NCBI GenBank assembly: GCA_013265495.1
Contig: MU058540.1
Coordinates: 2,567,696-2,631,695, forward strand
DNA length: 64,000 bases
Direction: 5' to 3'
Source of the DNA: Vicugna vicugna
Lineage: Eukaryota
In this document: positions 23,901-37,200 of the stretch, piece by piece
Numbering within the stretch: the stretch's first letter is position 1
How the letters are laid out: the number at the start of each line of letters is the position of its first letter
Program-made: the position numbers and the translations under genes
The notes under the pieces: generated by a model
The model's database searches: none
Told to the model about the DNA's origin: nothing
The model's input: only the letters and a program-made list of their open reading frames with translations

Positions 23901-26163
23901 TTGGCCCCGAGAAGTTTGGAGGGAAAGTGGGGGGTCCTAGAAGACTCTTGGATTGTTTTCACCTGGGTGGGGAGTTGGTCTGGGTTGCAGAGGATATGTA
24001 TTTGGAGGAGACTTGAGGAGGGGGTAGATGGGGAGTGAAGGAGTGGCGGCGGTAGTGGCGATTTTTGCCCCCTTGGGTTTGGCTGTGTCTTGTTGAAAAC
24101 CTCGTTTTCTTCTCTTAACTTTAATCCCCGACAGTTCTTTGGCGGTGTCAGTTGCTTTCCCCATCTCTGCCAGATGCTTACCTTGATCGCTTTACTTGGA
24201 ATTTTTCACGTCTCACCTGATTCTCCTGTCATGCAAACAGAAATTACTGGGACGTGTTAATCATTCCATTTCTTCTTGAGTATTTTCCATTTACAAATTT
24301 AGGATTCCTGTGAGAGCGGACTTTAGAATAACGAACATCTTTGTTTTGTAGGATTTCCTTTGGGGTTAGGGAATAATAGAGAAGGCATAGATTCATCATC
24401 TAGATATTTAAATTAGATTTAAATGTGTAATACCATTTTGGCTAAATTATTCTTTTATGGTTGATAGTCCATAGTCTCTGATGAGTGAAAGTATTATTTA
24501 CCTATTGAGGCTTCTGCTGTCTCTGTACTTTGTATTAGATATAAGATTACGATTTCGTGATGACTATCTCTAAAATCACTTCATGTGGTAACTCCAATTT
24601 TATGCTGTAATATGCAAACTTCACACTCTACAATTTAGAGATTATCATCATCCATTGTTTTTCTCACACTTTTCCTGACCATCTTTAAAATTGAGACATT
24701 GAGAGATTAGTTCCTCCCAAGTCACGGGACAGTCATCAGGTGTTTTAGATTAAACTGTGGGAAACATTTATTTCTTTTGGTTGAAAAGAAGATAACTGAT
24801 AGAAATTTGGAGCTTTCATTACTACCTTCAAATTCAGAGCTTTTGTTACTACCTCCAAATTACTACAAATTAGTATAAATGCAACATCTTATATTAGGAT
24901 GGTACATTGTTGTTATTAATGAACCAATATTTCTGCATTATTAACTAAAGTCTATAGTTTATTTAGATTTCCTTAGTTTTTTTTTTTCTGTTTAAGCATT
25001 CAATTCAGGATACCAGATTACATTTGATTTCCCTGTTTCCTTAGGCTCCTCTTAGTTTGTTTTTGTTTTTGTTTTTTTAAGTTATGTGTTTACATGCTTT
25101 TTAACTCTGTGAAACTGGGTAATTATTTTTTGAGGCTACTATATTGATAAGTAATGCCATCCAACAGCTTTGACAATGAAACATTGGTCTCTGTTCTCAT
25201 GGGCAATGTCTGCAGTTTTCTTAGCATTCGCAAAGGTCTGTAGAATCTATGTCATCTTGATGTAACTTTTAATGAATTTTTTCATTTTTAGGTTTTAAAC
25301 GTTCACAATTCATCTTTCAAAGACTAATCTGTAGCAAAGCCTTGTTTCCTTAATAGCATTTACTACATTTATAATTCTTATTTTTTATGTTTGTTTTGTC
25401 TGTTTCCCATAACAGAATGCAAGTTTCATGGAGATTAAAAACTTTTTTTTTAATTCATTGTATACCCAGTGCGTACAATAGTGCCAGGCTTGTAGTGGGT
25501 ACTAAGAAAATTTGGTAAATGAATGATGGTTGAATCTAATAGTAACCAAAGCTAGTAGTCATCTTTACTATGGTGAAGTCTGTATTTTTGCCTTATGCAA
25601 TTAATAGGTTAACAATAACATTTTATATTTACATTATTTGATTGCATACAGGGATACTCCAGATGCTCAGGAAGCCTGGACCCAATAATTTGTAACATTT
25701 ACTGTGTTACCGAAAAAAAAAAAATACAACAGACTAGAGTATCAAACTTTTTTTTTAGTTGAATAAAATTATTTTGTTTTGTTAAAGTTATTGTTATTTG
25801 CTAGTTGTATAACATCTAAAAGTATGTCAGATGATTATTTAAAATTATTTTTTTATTTAAGTATAATTGGTTTACAATGTTGTGTTAATTCAAATGCTTA
25901 TTAAAGACATGTTCATGGAACAGATTTGAAATTAGGTATACTATTTTATTTAGCTTTTCAAAAATTTAAGGTTCTGTGCTCTATAATGAAGATAAATTGT
26001 TTCAGTATATGAAGCCTCATATTAAATGAATGACATCAGTCTTGGTTATGTTCCTGTAAACTCTTATGGTTTCTTTAGATTTCGGTAGTGTACATGGTTT
26101 AATAAAAGGAACGTTAAAATAAAAAAAAACCCACAACACACCAGCAACAATAATAATGAGAGG

Positions 26164-26660
26164 AGGCACAAAAAAAATGATAGACTTTACTAAGTCAAAA
26201 TTATAAACTTCTGCACATCATAACCACCATAAAAGGTTAAAAGACAAACAAACTAGAAAAAATTATTTGCAACAAATAATACAGGCAGTGTCACTCTCCT
26301 TATTTTATAAAGGTTGCAAAAATAAATACAAATTTAAAAGTAGTCAATAAGCACATAATAAATGTTATAAATGTTTAACTTCATTGTTAATGTATAACTA
26401 CACCTTGTAAACACTGTTTACTTCCATTTATATATGTTATAACACAACATTAAGTAGAAAAATCAGAATATAAAACTCCTTATGCAGAATAATCCAAATG
26501 ATGTTGAAACATACACATATGTTTTTTAAAATGGAAATACAACCACCTAAGTATTTTAAATGACTTTCCTTTGAAATGGAATTACAGGTGGTTTTATTTT
26601 TTTATTCTTTGCCACACGTTCCAACTTTTCTATGGTAAATGTGTATTATTATTACTGAAA
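26164..26660 (+). mobile_element. Old L1 fragment, right part, continuing the element broken at 22921
   Basis: aaaaatgatagactttactaagtcaaaattataaacttctg...aaaagacaaacaaactagaaaaaattatttgcaaca is the L1 ORF2 segment that follows the left fragment. Confidence 0.6.
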
Positions 26661-27354
26661 TTTAGTTAACAGTATTTCCCTGGCTTGGTCCCCACCAGGC
26701 GAATTACAGAAACGGCTTGCCTCTTTAGCAAAGGAGGTTTGAAGGGAGGATTCCTGGAGTATCTCCCCCAGTGATAGCTTCCAGGTTGTTGTGCTTCACA
26801 GAAAGCTTCCTTCCTATCCACATGGGGCCTCAAACCTGTCACCTTGGGTTTCAGGTTCACAGAGAAACTCTGGCTGTGCGGGCCAGGCCCTCTTTATCAA
26901 GACCTCCCTCCCAAAGAGAACACCAAGCAGTGACTCTGGCTTTCTGGCCACTGAACAAACCCAAATCAAATCTTCCCATCTGGGAGAGCTGTGGGGGAGA
27001 GAGATCCCCATTAGCATAAGGCCTGGGAGTGAGGGGAGGGGAGCAGAGGAGGGGAGAGGAGATTCGAGAAGGCCCTGTTCCTTGGAGGTGGCCACGTGCC
27101 CCAAAGTGTCTATTTCTTACTCCATTCAGCATCCCTGTTACTTCTGCAAATGCGCTTCATTACACCCATCTTCCTGCCATGTCTGAATTTGATGAAAGGA
27201 TGCAGTTTAGTCTCTAGGAACTGGGACCTCTTTTACAGATAGGAGATTATGCAAATTATTAGGCAAAGAGAAATTTGCAACATGCTGTAAATAACTGCTG
27301 TAGCTCAAGGACAATGAGAGCAGCAACTGCCCTTGGTCTCAGTGGGTCCCTCTA

Positions 27355-28010
27355 TGTAGTGGGTTGAGCAATGACTCCTAGAAGGGTAAGTCCAAGTCCT
27401 AAACCCTGGAATCTCTGAATGTGACCTTATTCAGAAAAAGTCTTTGCGGATATAATTAAGTTAAGAATCTTAAAATGAGATCATCCTAAGTTTAGAGTGG
27501 ACCCTAAATCCAAAGACAGATGTTTTTATAAAAGAAAGGCATAAGGAGATTGTGAGAGACACACAGAGGGAAGATGGCCATGTAAAGATGGAGGCAGAGA
27601 TTGATGTGAAGCATCTGCAAACCAAGGGATGCCAAGGATTAACCACTAGAATCTAGGAGAAAGGAGAAGAGGGTACAGAGCTCAGTGGTAGAGCATGTGC
27701 TTAGCGTGCACAAGGCCCTGGGTTCAATCCCCAGTACTTCGATTAAAATAAATGAATAAAAACCTAATTACCTCTCTCCCCCAACACACACACACAAAAC
27801 TTGAAGAGATATGGATTAAATAAATATTTTTTAAAAATCTAGAAGAAAGGCCTGGAATGAATTCTTCCTCAGAGCTTCCAGAGGAAACCAACCCTGTTGA
27901 AATCTTGATTTTGGACATCTGGCCTCCTGTGAAAGAGTACATTTCTGTCTTTTTAAGCCCCCGAATTTGTGGCAATTTCTTAGGGTAGCTACAGGGAACT
28001 AATACATACT
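27355..28010 (+). mobile_element. MaLR LTR (MLT1-type) interrupted by a SINE
   Basis: tgtagtgggttg...aatgtgaccttattcagaaaaagtctttgcggatataattaagttaag...ggaactaataca. Confidence 0.7.
27665..27835 (+). mobile_element. tRNA-derived SINE (Vic-1-like) nested in the MLT1 LTR
   Basis: A and B boxes, aacctaattacct tail motif; TSD aatctaggagaaagg / aatctagaagaaagg. Confidence 0.85.
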
Positions 28011-30820
28011 CTTTCACACACAGCCATTCAGCAGTCTGGGTCTCCAGGTCCTGGTACCCCCACCCAGCTTACTGTAACCCAGTCTCATGATTCAGCTGCC
28101 TCTGTCTCCTCTGAGTCAGGAACCCACTGGGATATTCCCCTTCCTGGTGGAGGAAGCACTCGGGAGCATTCACTTTAATTGCCTGATTGTCCAGCAGAAG
28201 GGGTGTGTGTCAGACAGATGACAGTACCATCCTGTCATTTCAGAATGTTCCCTTCATGGCCCTAAAAAGTAAGTAAATAAAATGAAATAAAAGAGAAAAT
28301 AATTCTTCTTGAAGTAAAAAATGTGAAGCCAGTATCAAGGGAACTGAAGGCATGTTTGATCGCTAGTGTTCCTCACAGCTTTTTCTGCCCTTAGTGACTT
28401 TCATTCTTAGTTAGCGCTGACTTTCCATTGAAGTCCAAAGTAGACCAGGTTTCTACCTGCAGAGGTTGCCCGCACGGTGAAACCTGAGGGCCAGGCCCTT
28501 CTGACGGTCCTGAAATTCCCCAGGATCAGATGGGGAGATTTCAGGCACTAGGGCCCAACCTGGAAGGAGCCATGTTTCAGGGAAGAGGTGGCCTTTTGCG
28601 TTAGCAGGTGACTGTGCTCTCGGTTACTTGATAAGTAAGATCACTCCACTTCCCCTAGGAAACCAGAAAATGAGCTGTCCAGGACAGATTTGGAAGGTCT
28701 TATCTTACCGAACAAGAGCTTTATTGACAGGTAGGCAAGCCTCTTGGGCCAACTTTGCTGGGAGCAGAGCTACCACATTGCTGCAGTAATGCATGTCTGT
28801 TTATTAGCTGAAACACTAGGGACCCCGTAACTCCCCCACACATGGGAGAGAGTCATGTTTTGAATATGTTCTTCTGGGATACTTTTAATAGAAAATAGCT
28901 TAGCATCATTTTTATTATTATGATTATTATGATTATTATTATTATTATTTTCACAGATGGGAGCATTCAATATATACTATTCCACAACTTGCTTCTTTTT
29001 TAAAAAAACATTCTTGTGGCAGTGATTCCACAACATTGTCTTAAGGGAGTTTTTGGCCAAAGAGCAAAGTCTCCCTTCTCCCTTTCAAGCCCCAGATTCT
29101 TTTTTTTTTTTTTTAAATTTAGTGTGTGAAAGGGTTCAGAACTCCAAGAGACAGTCAGTAGTATGGAGGGGTGTTATGCAACGTTCTAGTATTTCCCACA
29201 CAAGGTGACATGAAGAAAATTGCATTTTACCCACACTGGCTCCTTAGCCTTCTGCAGATGACCTTTCTCCCTGACTTTGAAAAGTTAGAGTGGAACTCTC
29301 AATCCCCCCACCTCAACTTAGGCAGGCAGGGAGGGGAGGGGAGAGGATGAGGACCCAGTGCTTCAGAGAATCTCTCTAAATATATTTTTGTGTTATGTGA
29401 GGACATTTCTGAAAGATATATTCTTAAGAAGTAGAATGGTTAGGTCACAAAGGAGACACATTTAAATCTTTGGTCAACCTGACAAATTCCCTTCCAGAAC
29501 TTTGTACCCCTTCACACCTCCAGCTGTGGTCTGTGAGAACAGCTGCATCTTCTCACTCACGACACCACTGAACCTGTTCATTGCTGTCCATCGGATGAGC
29601 CACTTTCGTTTTAATTTGCCTTTGTTCAGTTATTATTAGTGACACTAAACATCTTCTCAAATGCTTCTTGGCATCTGAGTTTGTTCTTGAGCAGCTGGTT
29701 CTTTAATTGAAAAAAAATCGACTAATCAAGTTATATTGTTTCCTCCAGGACGTGCTCATTATGCTCAAGAGAATACTCGGAAACTCTTGCCTCCAGTAAC
29801 ACACAGGAGTTTCTCACTTCCTGTACAGAAAGCAGTTATTCACTTCAGCATCACCTAAACGCAAAATACTCAGAGTCAGATATGAGAACTTCTTAAAGGA
29901 AACCACTTCTCCAGATTTCAAGGGTGTGTGTCACAGACAGGGCTTCAGGGGTAAATTTGTATACTTCACAGACGGGGAAAAAGTCATTTCACAGTGCCAA
30001 TACAAAAGAAACCAAAAAGCACCATCAGTTGTTTAGCTCAAATAGGTATTGAACCAAGTTAAATGTTAATTTAATATAGTAAATGTTAAATTTATTTAAA
30101 CTTTATTAAATATTAAAATCTTGATGATCCTGATGGACTGAACCCATTCATATTCTTCTCAACCTCCTCCGAGTGTCTCTTCCTCTACTTCACAGGCTAG
30201 AAAGCCAAAAAGTGTGTTTCCCAGGCTCTTTTGCAGCTTGAGTTTCCGGTGTGAGTTCAGATCTGACAATTACATGCTCTGGCCCGTGATTTGGATGGAG
30301 CAAGTGAGCAGGGGGCAACTTTCTGTGGATCCAGCTACTGCTGGAACATGGAAGGTTAAGAGAAGCTGTGTATTTTTTTATCAGCAGGGTCCCAGCATGT
30401 GAGTACCCCCTTCATAGAGCAAGGGTGGCCCCCTTGCTGGCTGGTGGTGGTGTTCTGGAACATTCCTAGAGGTCCCACCTGGAACCCACTCCTCCAACCC
30501 TTTGAATGACTTTGTAAGCCCTTGGTTCCTTTTCTGCTAAAATTAGCTGACGTAGTTTCTGTTTTCCTTCAATTGAGCCCTGACTGATACAGCTCACAAA
30601 TACTTACCTTGACGGAGCCATGTGAGATACGAAAGAGAAAAGGCTAGACAAAGGGCAATGTAGTCGTGAATCATGCTTATTATGGTTTTCCTAATAGCCC
30701 TTTAATCAGATATCTCGTCCCTGTAGGAAATTTGAAAAATACATAAAAAAATGCAAAGAATGAAGTAAAAACCATTTGTTATTCCACAAGAATCAAACGT
30801 TGATGAACAGAAAACATTCT

Positions 30821-31557
30821 GTGCAGTTTGGTGCAGCCACTGTGGAAAACAGTATGGAGATTCCTCAAAAGACTAGGAATAGACTTACCATATGACCCAG
30901 TAATCCCACTCCTGGGCATATATCCAGAGGGAACCCTACTTCAAAAAGACACTTGCACCCCAATGTTCATAGCAGCACTATTTAAATAGCCAAGACATGG
31001 AAAGAGCCTAAATGTCCATCGACAGGTGACTGGATAAAGACGCTGTGGTATATTTATACAATGGAATACTATTCAGCCATAAAAACCGACAACATAACAC
31101 CATTTGCAGCAACATGGACGTCCCTGGAGAATGTCATTCTAAGTGAAGTAAGCCAGAAAGAGAAAGAAAAATACCATATGAGATCACTCATATGTGGAAT
31201 CTAAAAACAAAAGAAAGAACAGAAAAAGACAAATGAACATAAATACAAAACAGAAACAGACTCATAGACATAGAATACAAACTTGTGGTTGCCAGTGGGG
31301 AGAGGGGTGGGAAGGGACAGACTGAGAGTTTGAAATTTGTAGATACTGACAGGTATATATAGAATAGATAAACAAGATTATACCATATAGCACAGGGAAA
31401 TATATACAAGATCTTGTGGTAGCTCATGGTGAAAAAGAATGTGACAGTGAATATATAGTATATGTTCATGTATAACTGAAAAATTGTGCTTTACATTGGA
31501 AATTGACACAACATTGTAAACTGACTATAACTCAATAAAATAAAATTAAAAAAAAAA
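30821..31557 (+). mobile_element. Young L1: ORF2 C-terminus, 3'UTR and poly(A)
   Basis: ggtgcagccactgtggaaaacagtatggag...aaaagacacttgcaccccaatgttcatagcagc...caataaaataaaattaaaaaaaaa; short TSD around gaaa(a)cattc. Confidence 0.85.
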
Positions 31558-31951
31558 GAAACATTCCACCTCTCTGAAATGTTGGTCCTGATCAACCAGC
31601 TGCTGCTGTTTATTGAATGCAGAATGACCAGCAAGCCAAGGGGAGCCTGGGCTGATTTTGGTGCTCATCTAATGTGAGTGCAGAGCAGCTCCCAGTCCCT
31701 TCTCGAGAGTAAGGGAGAAAAGTTGTGGCAACAGAATGTGATGTTAATAACTTATCCAATTTGTCTCCTACTTTCCAACCCACAGCCCTGGTGGCACTAG
31801 TGGGAGGTTGAGTGTCTGTACTCTTTCTCTCTTCAGTCACCCTCCCTCTCTTTCTGGCTTACTTAACTTAGAAGGACAATCTCCAGGTCCATCCATGTTG
31901 CTGCAAATGACATGATTTTATTCTTTTTTAAGGCTAAGTAATATTCCATGG

Positions 31952-31998
31952 TGTGTGTGTGTGTGTGCACGCGTGCGTGCGTGTGTGTGTGTGTGTAT
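31952..31998. repeat. Alternating purine-pyrimidine (TG/CG)n microsatellite
   Basis: gtgtgt...gcacgcgtgcgtgcgtgtgt, read directly. Confidence 0.9.
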
Positions 31999-32568
31999 AA
32001 AATCCACAGGGATCAAAATAGCTCAGAAATCCCACCGATTGGACAGGACAGACCCTGTCAGGACCCTACATCACCTTCTTGCTTCCCTGGCATCCCTTCA
32101 GGGCAGAGGGCATGGCCACCACCAGTTTGGGGATAACTTCCCTGCCAGCTCCAGTTAGAAAAATCCAGGGAAGATCTCTGATTGGCGTTTCCTGGGTCAT
32201 GTGCCATCTCTGGCCCAATCACTGTGGTCAGGGAAATGAGTGTCTCTCAATGGCCCTGCCTAGGTTAGAGGGCTCTCCCGCATCACCAGGAGCAGGAGGC
32301 TTTGATGGAGTAGGAGAGCCGCTCCCAGAGGCAAAATCAGTTATCAACAGAAGGATGGCAAGAGGGGTGCTGGGCTGATATCTGTATTACCTCACTGCCA
32401 ATCCCGTTTAGGGATTAGGCATTGCAGATTCATGTTTCAAGTTCAGATACATTATTGAGGGAAATTTGAGGGATTCCATCACCTGCATTAAAACATCATC
32501 ACAGGCTAATTTATCAAAGTACTGAGCCATAACACGAAGACTTAAAGGGCTAGAACCCAGGACAGGAC

Positions 32569-32960
32569 ATGTAGTGGTTTGCTCGGGCTACCATAACAAA
32601 GCACCACAGACCAGGCGGCTTAAACAACAGATACTTACTTTCCCACAGTTCTGGGGCTGTTGAAGGTGCCAGCAGAGTTTATTTTTTCTGAGGTCTGTCT
32701 CCTTGGCTTGCAGACAGCTGCCTTCTCATCATGTCCTCACGTGGTCTTTATTCTGCATACGTACACACCCCCGATGTCTCTCTGTGTCCTGATCTCCACT
32801 TTTTATAACACAGCAGTCTCTGATTGAATTAGGGCCCACCCTAATGACCTTCTTTTAACTTAATTACCTCTTTGAAGACCTTATCTCCAAACATAGTCAC
32901 ATTCTGAAGTATTGGAGGTCAGAGTTTCAACATAGGAATTTGGGGGATACAATTTAATCT
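32569..32960 (-). mobile_element. MaLR LTR (MLT1-type), reverse orientation
   Basis: gggctaccataacaaagcaccacagac...ttatctccaaacatagtcacattctgaagtattggagg. Confidence 0.7.
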
Positions 32961-33049
32961 GTAAGAGGATGTTAGAAGATACAGAGCAGGCCATGGACTG
33001 TGCAGTTTTTAATTTATATATATTATATATATGTATATAGTTATATATG

Positions 33050-34200
33050 TAGTTATATATAAACCTCATGGTAACCACAAACCAGAAACCTATAATAGAT
33101 ACACACACACAAAGAGAAAGGAATTCAAACATAATGCTAAGGATAGTCATCAAATCACATGGGAAGAGAGCAAAAGAAGAAGAAAGAACAAAAAAGAACA
33201 GAAACAACCCAAATATAGTTTTTAAAATGGCAATAAGTATACGCCTGTCAACAATTACTTTACGTAAATGGACTCAATTTTTCAATCAAAAGACAGAGAG
33301 TGGCTGAATGGATACAAAACAAGACCCATATACTGCCTGTAACAGACTCACTTTAGACCTAAAGACACACAGATTGACAACGAGGGATGGAAAAAGATAT
33401 TCATTATTTACAGTAGCCAAGATATGGACACAACCTAAGTGCCCATCAATAGAATGGATAAAGAAGATGTGATACAAACACACACACACACAGAGGAATG
33501 TTACTCAGCCATAAAAAAGAATGAAATCTTGCCATTTGCAACAACATGGATGGACCTAGAGGGTATTGTGCTGAGTGAATTGAGTCAGTCAGGAAAAGGC
33601 AAATACTATATGATTTCACTTATGTGTGGAATCTAAAAACCAAAACAAATGAATAAACATAACTAAGCAGAAACAGAATCATAGATACAGAAAACAAACA
33701 GGTGTTTGCCTGAGGGGAGGGGGGGAGGAAGAGAGAAATAGTTGAGAGACATTAAGAGGTACAAACCTTGCAATTACAAAATAAATGAGTCATGGGTATG
33801 AAATGTACAGTGTGAGGAATATAGTCAATAATTACATAATGTCTTTGTATGGTGACAGATGGTAACTAGACATTGTGGTGATCATTTCAAAAAGTATAGA
33901 AATACCAAATCACTATGTTGTGTGCCAGGAACTAACATAATTTTGTCAGTCACTTAGTCTTCAAAAACAAACAAACAAACCCATGGAAAAAGAGATCAGA
34001 TTTGTGGTTACCAAAGGAAGAGTGTTGGGGGTGGGGGGAAGAATTGGAAGTAGGTAGTAAAAAGTACATTCAGTTATAAGATAAGTAAGTACTAGGTACT
34101 GTACAACATGATAAATATAATGAACACTGCTGTATGTTACATATGAAAGCCATTAAGAGAGTAAATCCTGACAGTCTCATCACAAAAAAAATTTTTTTTC
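33050..34200 (+). mobile_element. Composite L1 fragments (endonuclease region and 3' ends)
   Basis: aatcaaaagacagagagtggctgaatggatac; gccatttgcaacaacatggatggacctagagggtattgtgctgagtgaa. Confidence 0.7.
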
Positions 34201-37200
34201 TATACTGTGGCTGATATATGGGTTGATAACCTGAGTATGTCACTGGCTGGAGTGGGTGATCATCTGACTGAGGGGAAATCCCTTCCTAATCGAATTTCTG
34301 GGATATCAAGAGCCATATTTAGAACCCCGGGGCTTTCTAGCCAGAGCACTGTGGATGATACACAGGGCTTCCTTGAGTTTGGATGTTTAAATGGGCCTAA
34401 CCTGGAGCCGTGAGGTCTGTCCAGGAGACTTTGTGATCTCATTGGTCTTAGCTTGTGGCTCCCCCACAGGCAAAGGAGCTGGACAGAGAGGGATAGCTCT
34501 GGGCTACGTGGTCTTCTCCTCCTGGGCTCCTGTCTTCATTATTCATACCCATTAGGATTGCGTTAGGTTGCACATAACAGAAACTAACAGCACTGGCTGT
34601 CTCGGGTGTGAGTTTCATGGTAGAAACCACAGGCCAAAGAGAAGGGGGACAGGCAGATGACAGGCGAAAAGTTGATGTAGGTGAAGATGATTTACTCCTG
34701 CTTTCACGTGCTTTTCACATCTCTGGCAGCTCAGTTTAAAATCAGACCCCTTCACTTGGCTGTATTTTATTTTCCTTCTAGGTGCTTATCAGCACCTGAC
34801 AGGAAATGCTGTATTTATCACTTACTTATCTGCTTACTGCTGTTTCCCCAGTTTCTAGAACAGTGCCTGGAGTATCACAGGTGCTTAATAAATACTTGTT
34901 AAATAAATGAATACATTATTTCATTTGAAACTTCTTAACAACTTAATGTGGTAAGCAGGAGGGAGCATGCTGTTACTTATTTCACAGATGTGGAAACTTA
35001 GGCCCAGAAGGCTGACTTCACTAAAGCCACCAGGAACTGAGGGAGCCTTAATCCTTTTGATTCATAGTCAGGGGCTGGGTGTGTAAAGTGAGGGTAGAGA
35101 GGCTTTTGACACACCCCTGGCCCATATCCCAGAAAGGCCTCATCTGGGCCTCTGCTCAGAAAGTTGATAAACTACTCAGGAGTAAAGTGATAAGAAAAGG
35201 AAATAAGTTATTCCCAACAAAGAGACTGGGAAGATAGAAACTTCAGAAACCGTTGTCCTGTGGGTTGGGAGAGTAAGGGTGATAATCACTGAACAGGCAG
35301 CTTTTGGTGCCCTCAATTTCACCCCCACTCCAGCTACTAACTCTGCCCCAAAAGATAGTGAGCTCCCCATCACTGGAGGTGTTCAAGCAGGGGCTGGATG
35401 TCTACTTACAGAGCATGCCTGAGTTGGGAAGTTTTTCTCACATCTTAGTAGGAGGAGCAGGCATTCTCCATCACAGCACAGACGCTGTCAGCGTAGTGGT
35501 CCCATCACCAACACAAGAGGCTTTGCGCCACCTGGTGGGTATGGTTTTAAACTGCAGACCCTTCCAAGGATAGAAGCCTGCAGCTGTGTCCCCAGAATCC
35601 TAGGCAATGAAGCTAGGATAGAGTTTCTGACAGTTTCATGAGCACCACAGAGTTTGTGAGAACTCAGAGGCACCCCTGCACTCATCAGAGAAGTCACCAT
35701 TACAGGGAAGACTTATTAACAGGACTCAGGCTGAGGCATGTCTCTGGGATTGGAGGGAACACATCCTTCCCAAACTTTATTCTAGATTCTTGGGATAATA
35801 ACCTGGGAAACTACCTGAGGGAGGGAAGGAGGAGGTTCATTTGTTCACTCTTATTTGTATTTGGGAGTAACCTTGAATTGCCTTTGCCCAGGTGTAAAAT
35901 TTCCCAATTGAGTTCAAATCTGCATAAGTCTCGATGAAACCACCAAACAAACAACACCCCCCCAAAAAACCTCTATGTTTTTGCTCCATGGGTATCAAAT
36001 TCAGAAAGGTTTTGTCTATCAAAGTGCATATTTTCATTATATTTGTTGTACTATTATTGTCATACTGTATCATTTATTATCATCAAAGACCTTTGTAACT
36101 GCTGGTAGATGTCATAATGAGCTTCATGTGTTAGCCTTACCACACAGAGTACATTTAATTTGAGCAAAACAAAGGCATTTGAGAGTTCAGTGGGCCAGCG
36201 CAGCCCCATCTGAAGTGAGCGTTGGATTCTGCTCGGCCCTCCTACAACCCTGAAATGGGCCCCGGCTCCCACCCAAGACTCTGCTCTGGACAGTGAATCC
36301 CAGGGTTCAGCTGTCCCTGAGGGGAACGTGCCCCTGTTCTGGGCCAGCTGCTCCTCTCACCGTTTCTCCTTCTGGTTTCACTTCATTTCTGAGAAAAGAG
36401 CACAGTTTTAATCAATGGTCCATCCTAAGCCTAGATCTGGGCATCAGAGGCCAGCCAGGCTCCTGTGACACGTTACAGGGAAGCCCCCAGCACAGGGCAG
36501 GGAACCGCGCACTTCTCAGTAAAGTCTGTTGGGTGAACAATTGGAGGCTCCCTGTGGGCTGGCTTCAAACAATGGGGTTGCTTTCCTCACGGCATCAGTT
36601 GCCTCATGAAGTAGGTAATGTGTAGGTGGTGCTGTTGAGAGTTTCTCCCTGCCATTCCTCGTGGGTCAGACACAGGATGACCCCTCCCTCTCCCTAAAGG
36701 CTCCCTCCTCACCTTCTCAGGGTCTCAGCCCCAAGCCTGGTCGGCTTCCCTGTGTGAGTGAGCCAGGCTGACCCAAGCACGAACCTCAGGGGACCCCTTT
36801 GTCCTCCCTCAGGGATGGGCCTCTGCAGTCAGCCTTGCTTCTGTTTCCCCTGCACCTTGAGTTCTCCCTGACCTCTCATGATGAGAAGGCCCTCCACGCT
36901 GCTGTACCTCCAGACCTCACTCCTACAAAAGGGAAGGAGAAAAACAGCAGAAGCCTGTGTGATCCTTGTTAGGGACACCCTCCCTGGCCCCCCCCAAGCA
37001 GAATTCACCAGAGCCACTTTTTTTCCCCACATCCACCTTGCGTTCACCTCTCCCTGGGCACTGTGACAGCGTCTGCTCAGCTACTTCTGCTTTCCCTGCT
37101 GATGTGTGAGCTTCCCAAGGGCAGGGCCTAGCTCTGCTTTGTATGCCTCCCCCACCCTTCCCCATATGAACAATTATCTTATAAGGGTTAGGGAATTTTA

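Larger units (their letters stand above)
22922..26148 (+). pseudogene. RAB6A: RAB6A-derived retrocopy of an unspliced 5' transcript: 5'UTR + exon 1 + ~2.65 kb intron-1-like sequence + poly(A)
   Basis: ATG 23379 gives MSAGRDFGTLRRKFKPAFLRAQS versus RAB6 MS[T/A][20 protein letters not shown]. The match ends after 70 nt at G|gtgagt (23449). Upstream sequence resembles the recalled RAB6A 5'UTR. AATAAA at 26101, A-rich tail from ~26116, TSD aataaaaatgagagg (22907-22921) / aataataatgagagg (26149-26163). Confidence 0.85.

Noticed and set aside
22881..24016. Long overlapping ORFs (219, 217, 187 and 145 aa) on both strands
   Set aside because: Arg/Pro/Gly-rich by-products of a stop-poor CpG island; only the first 23 codons from 23379 have recognisable homology.
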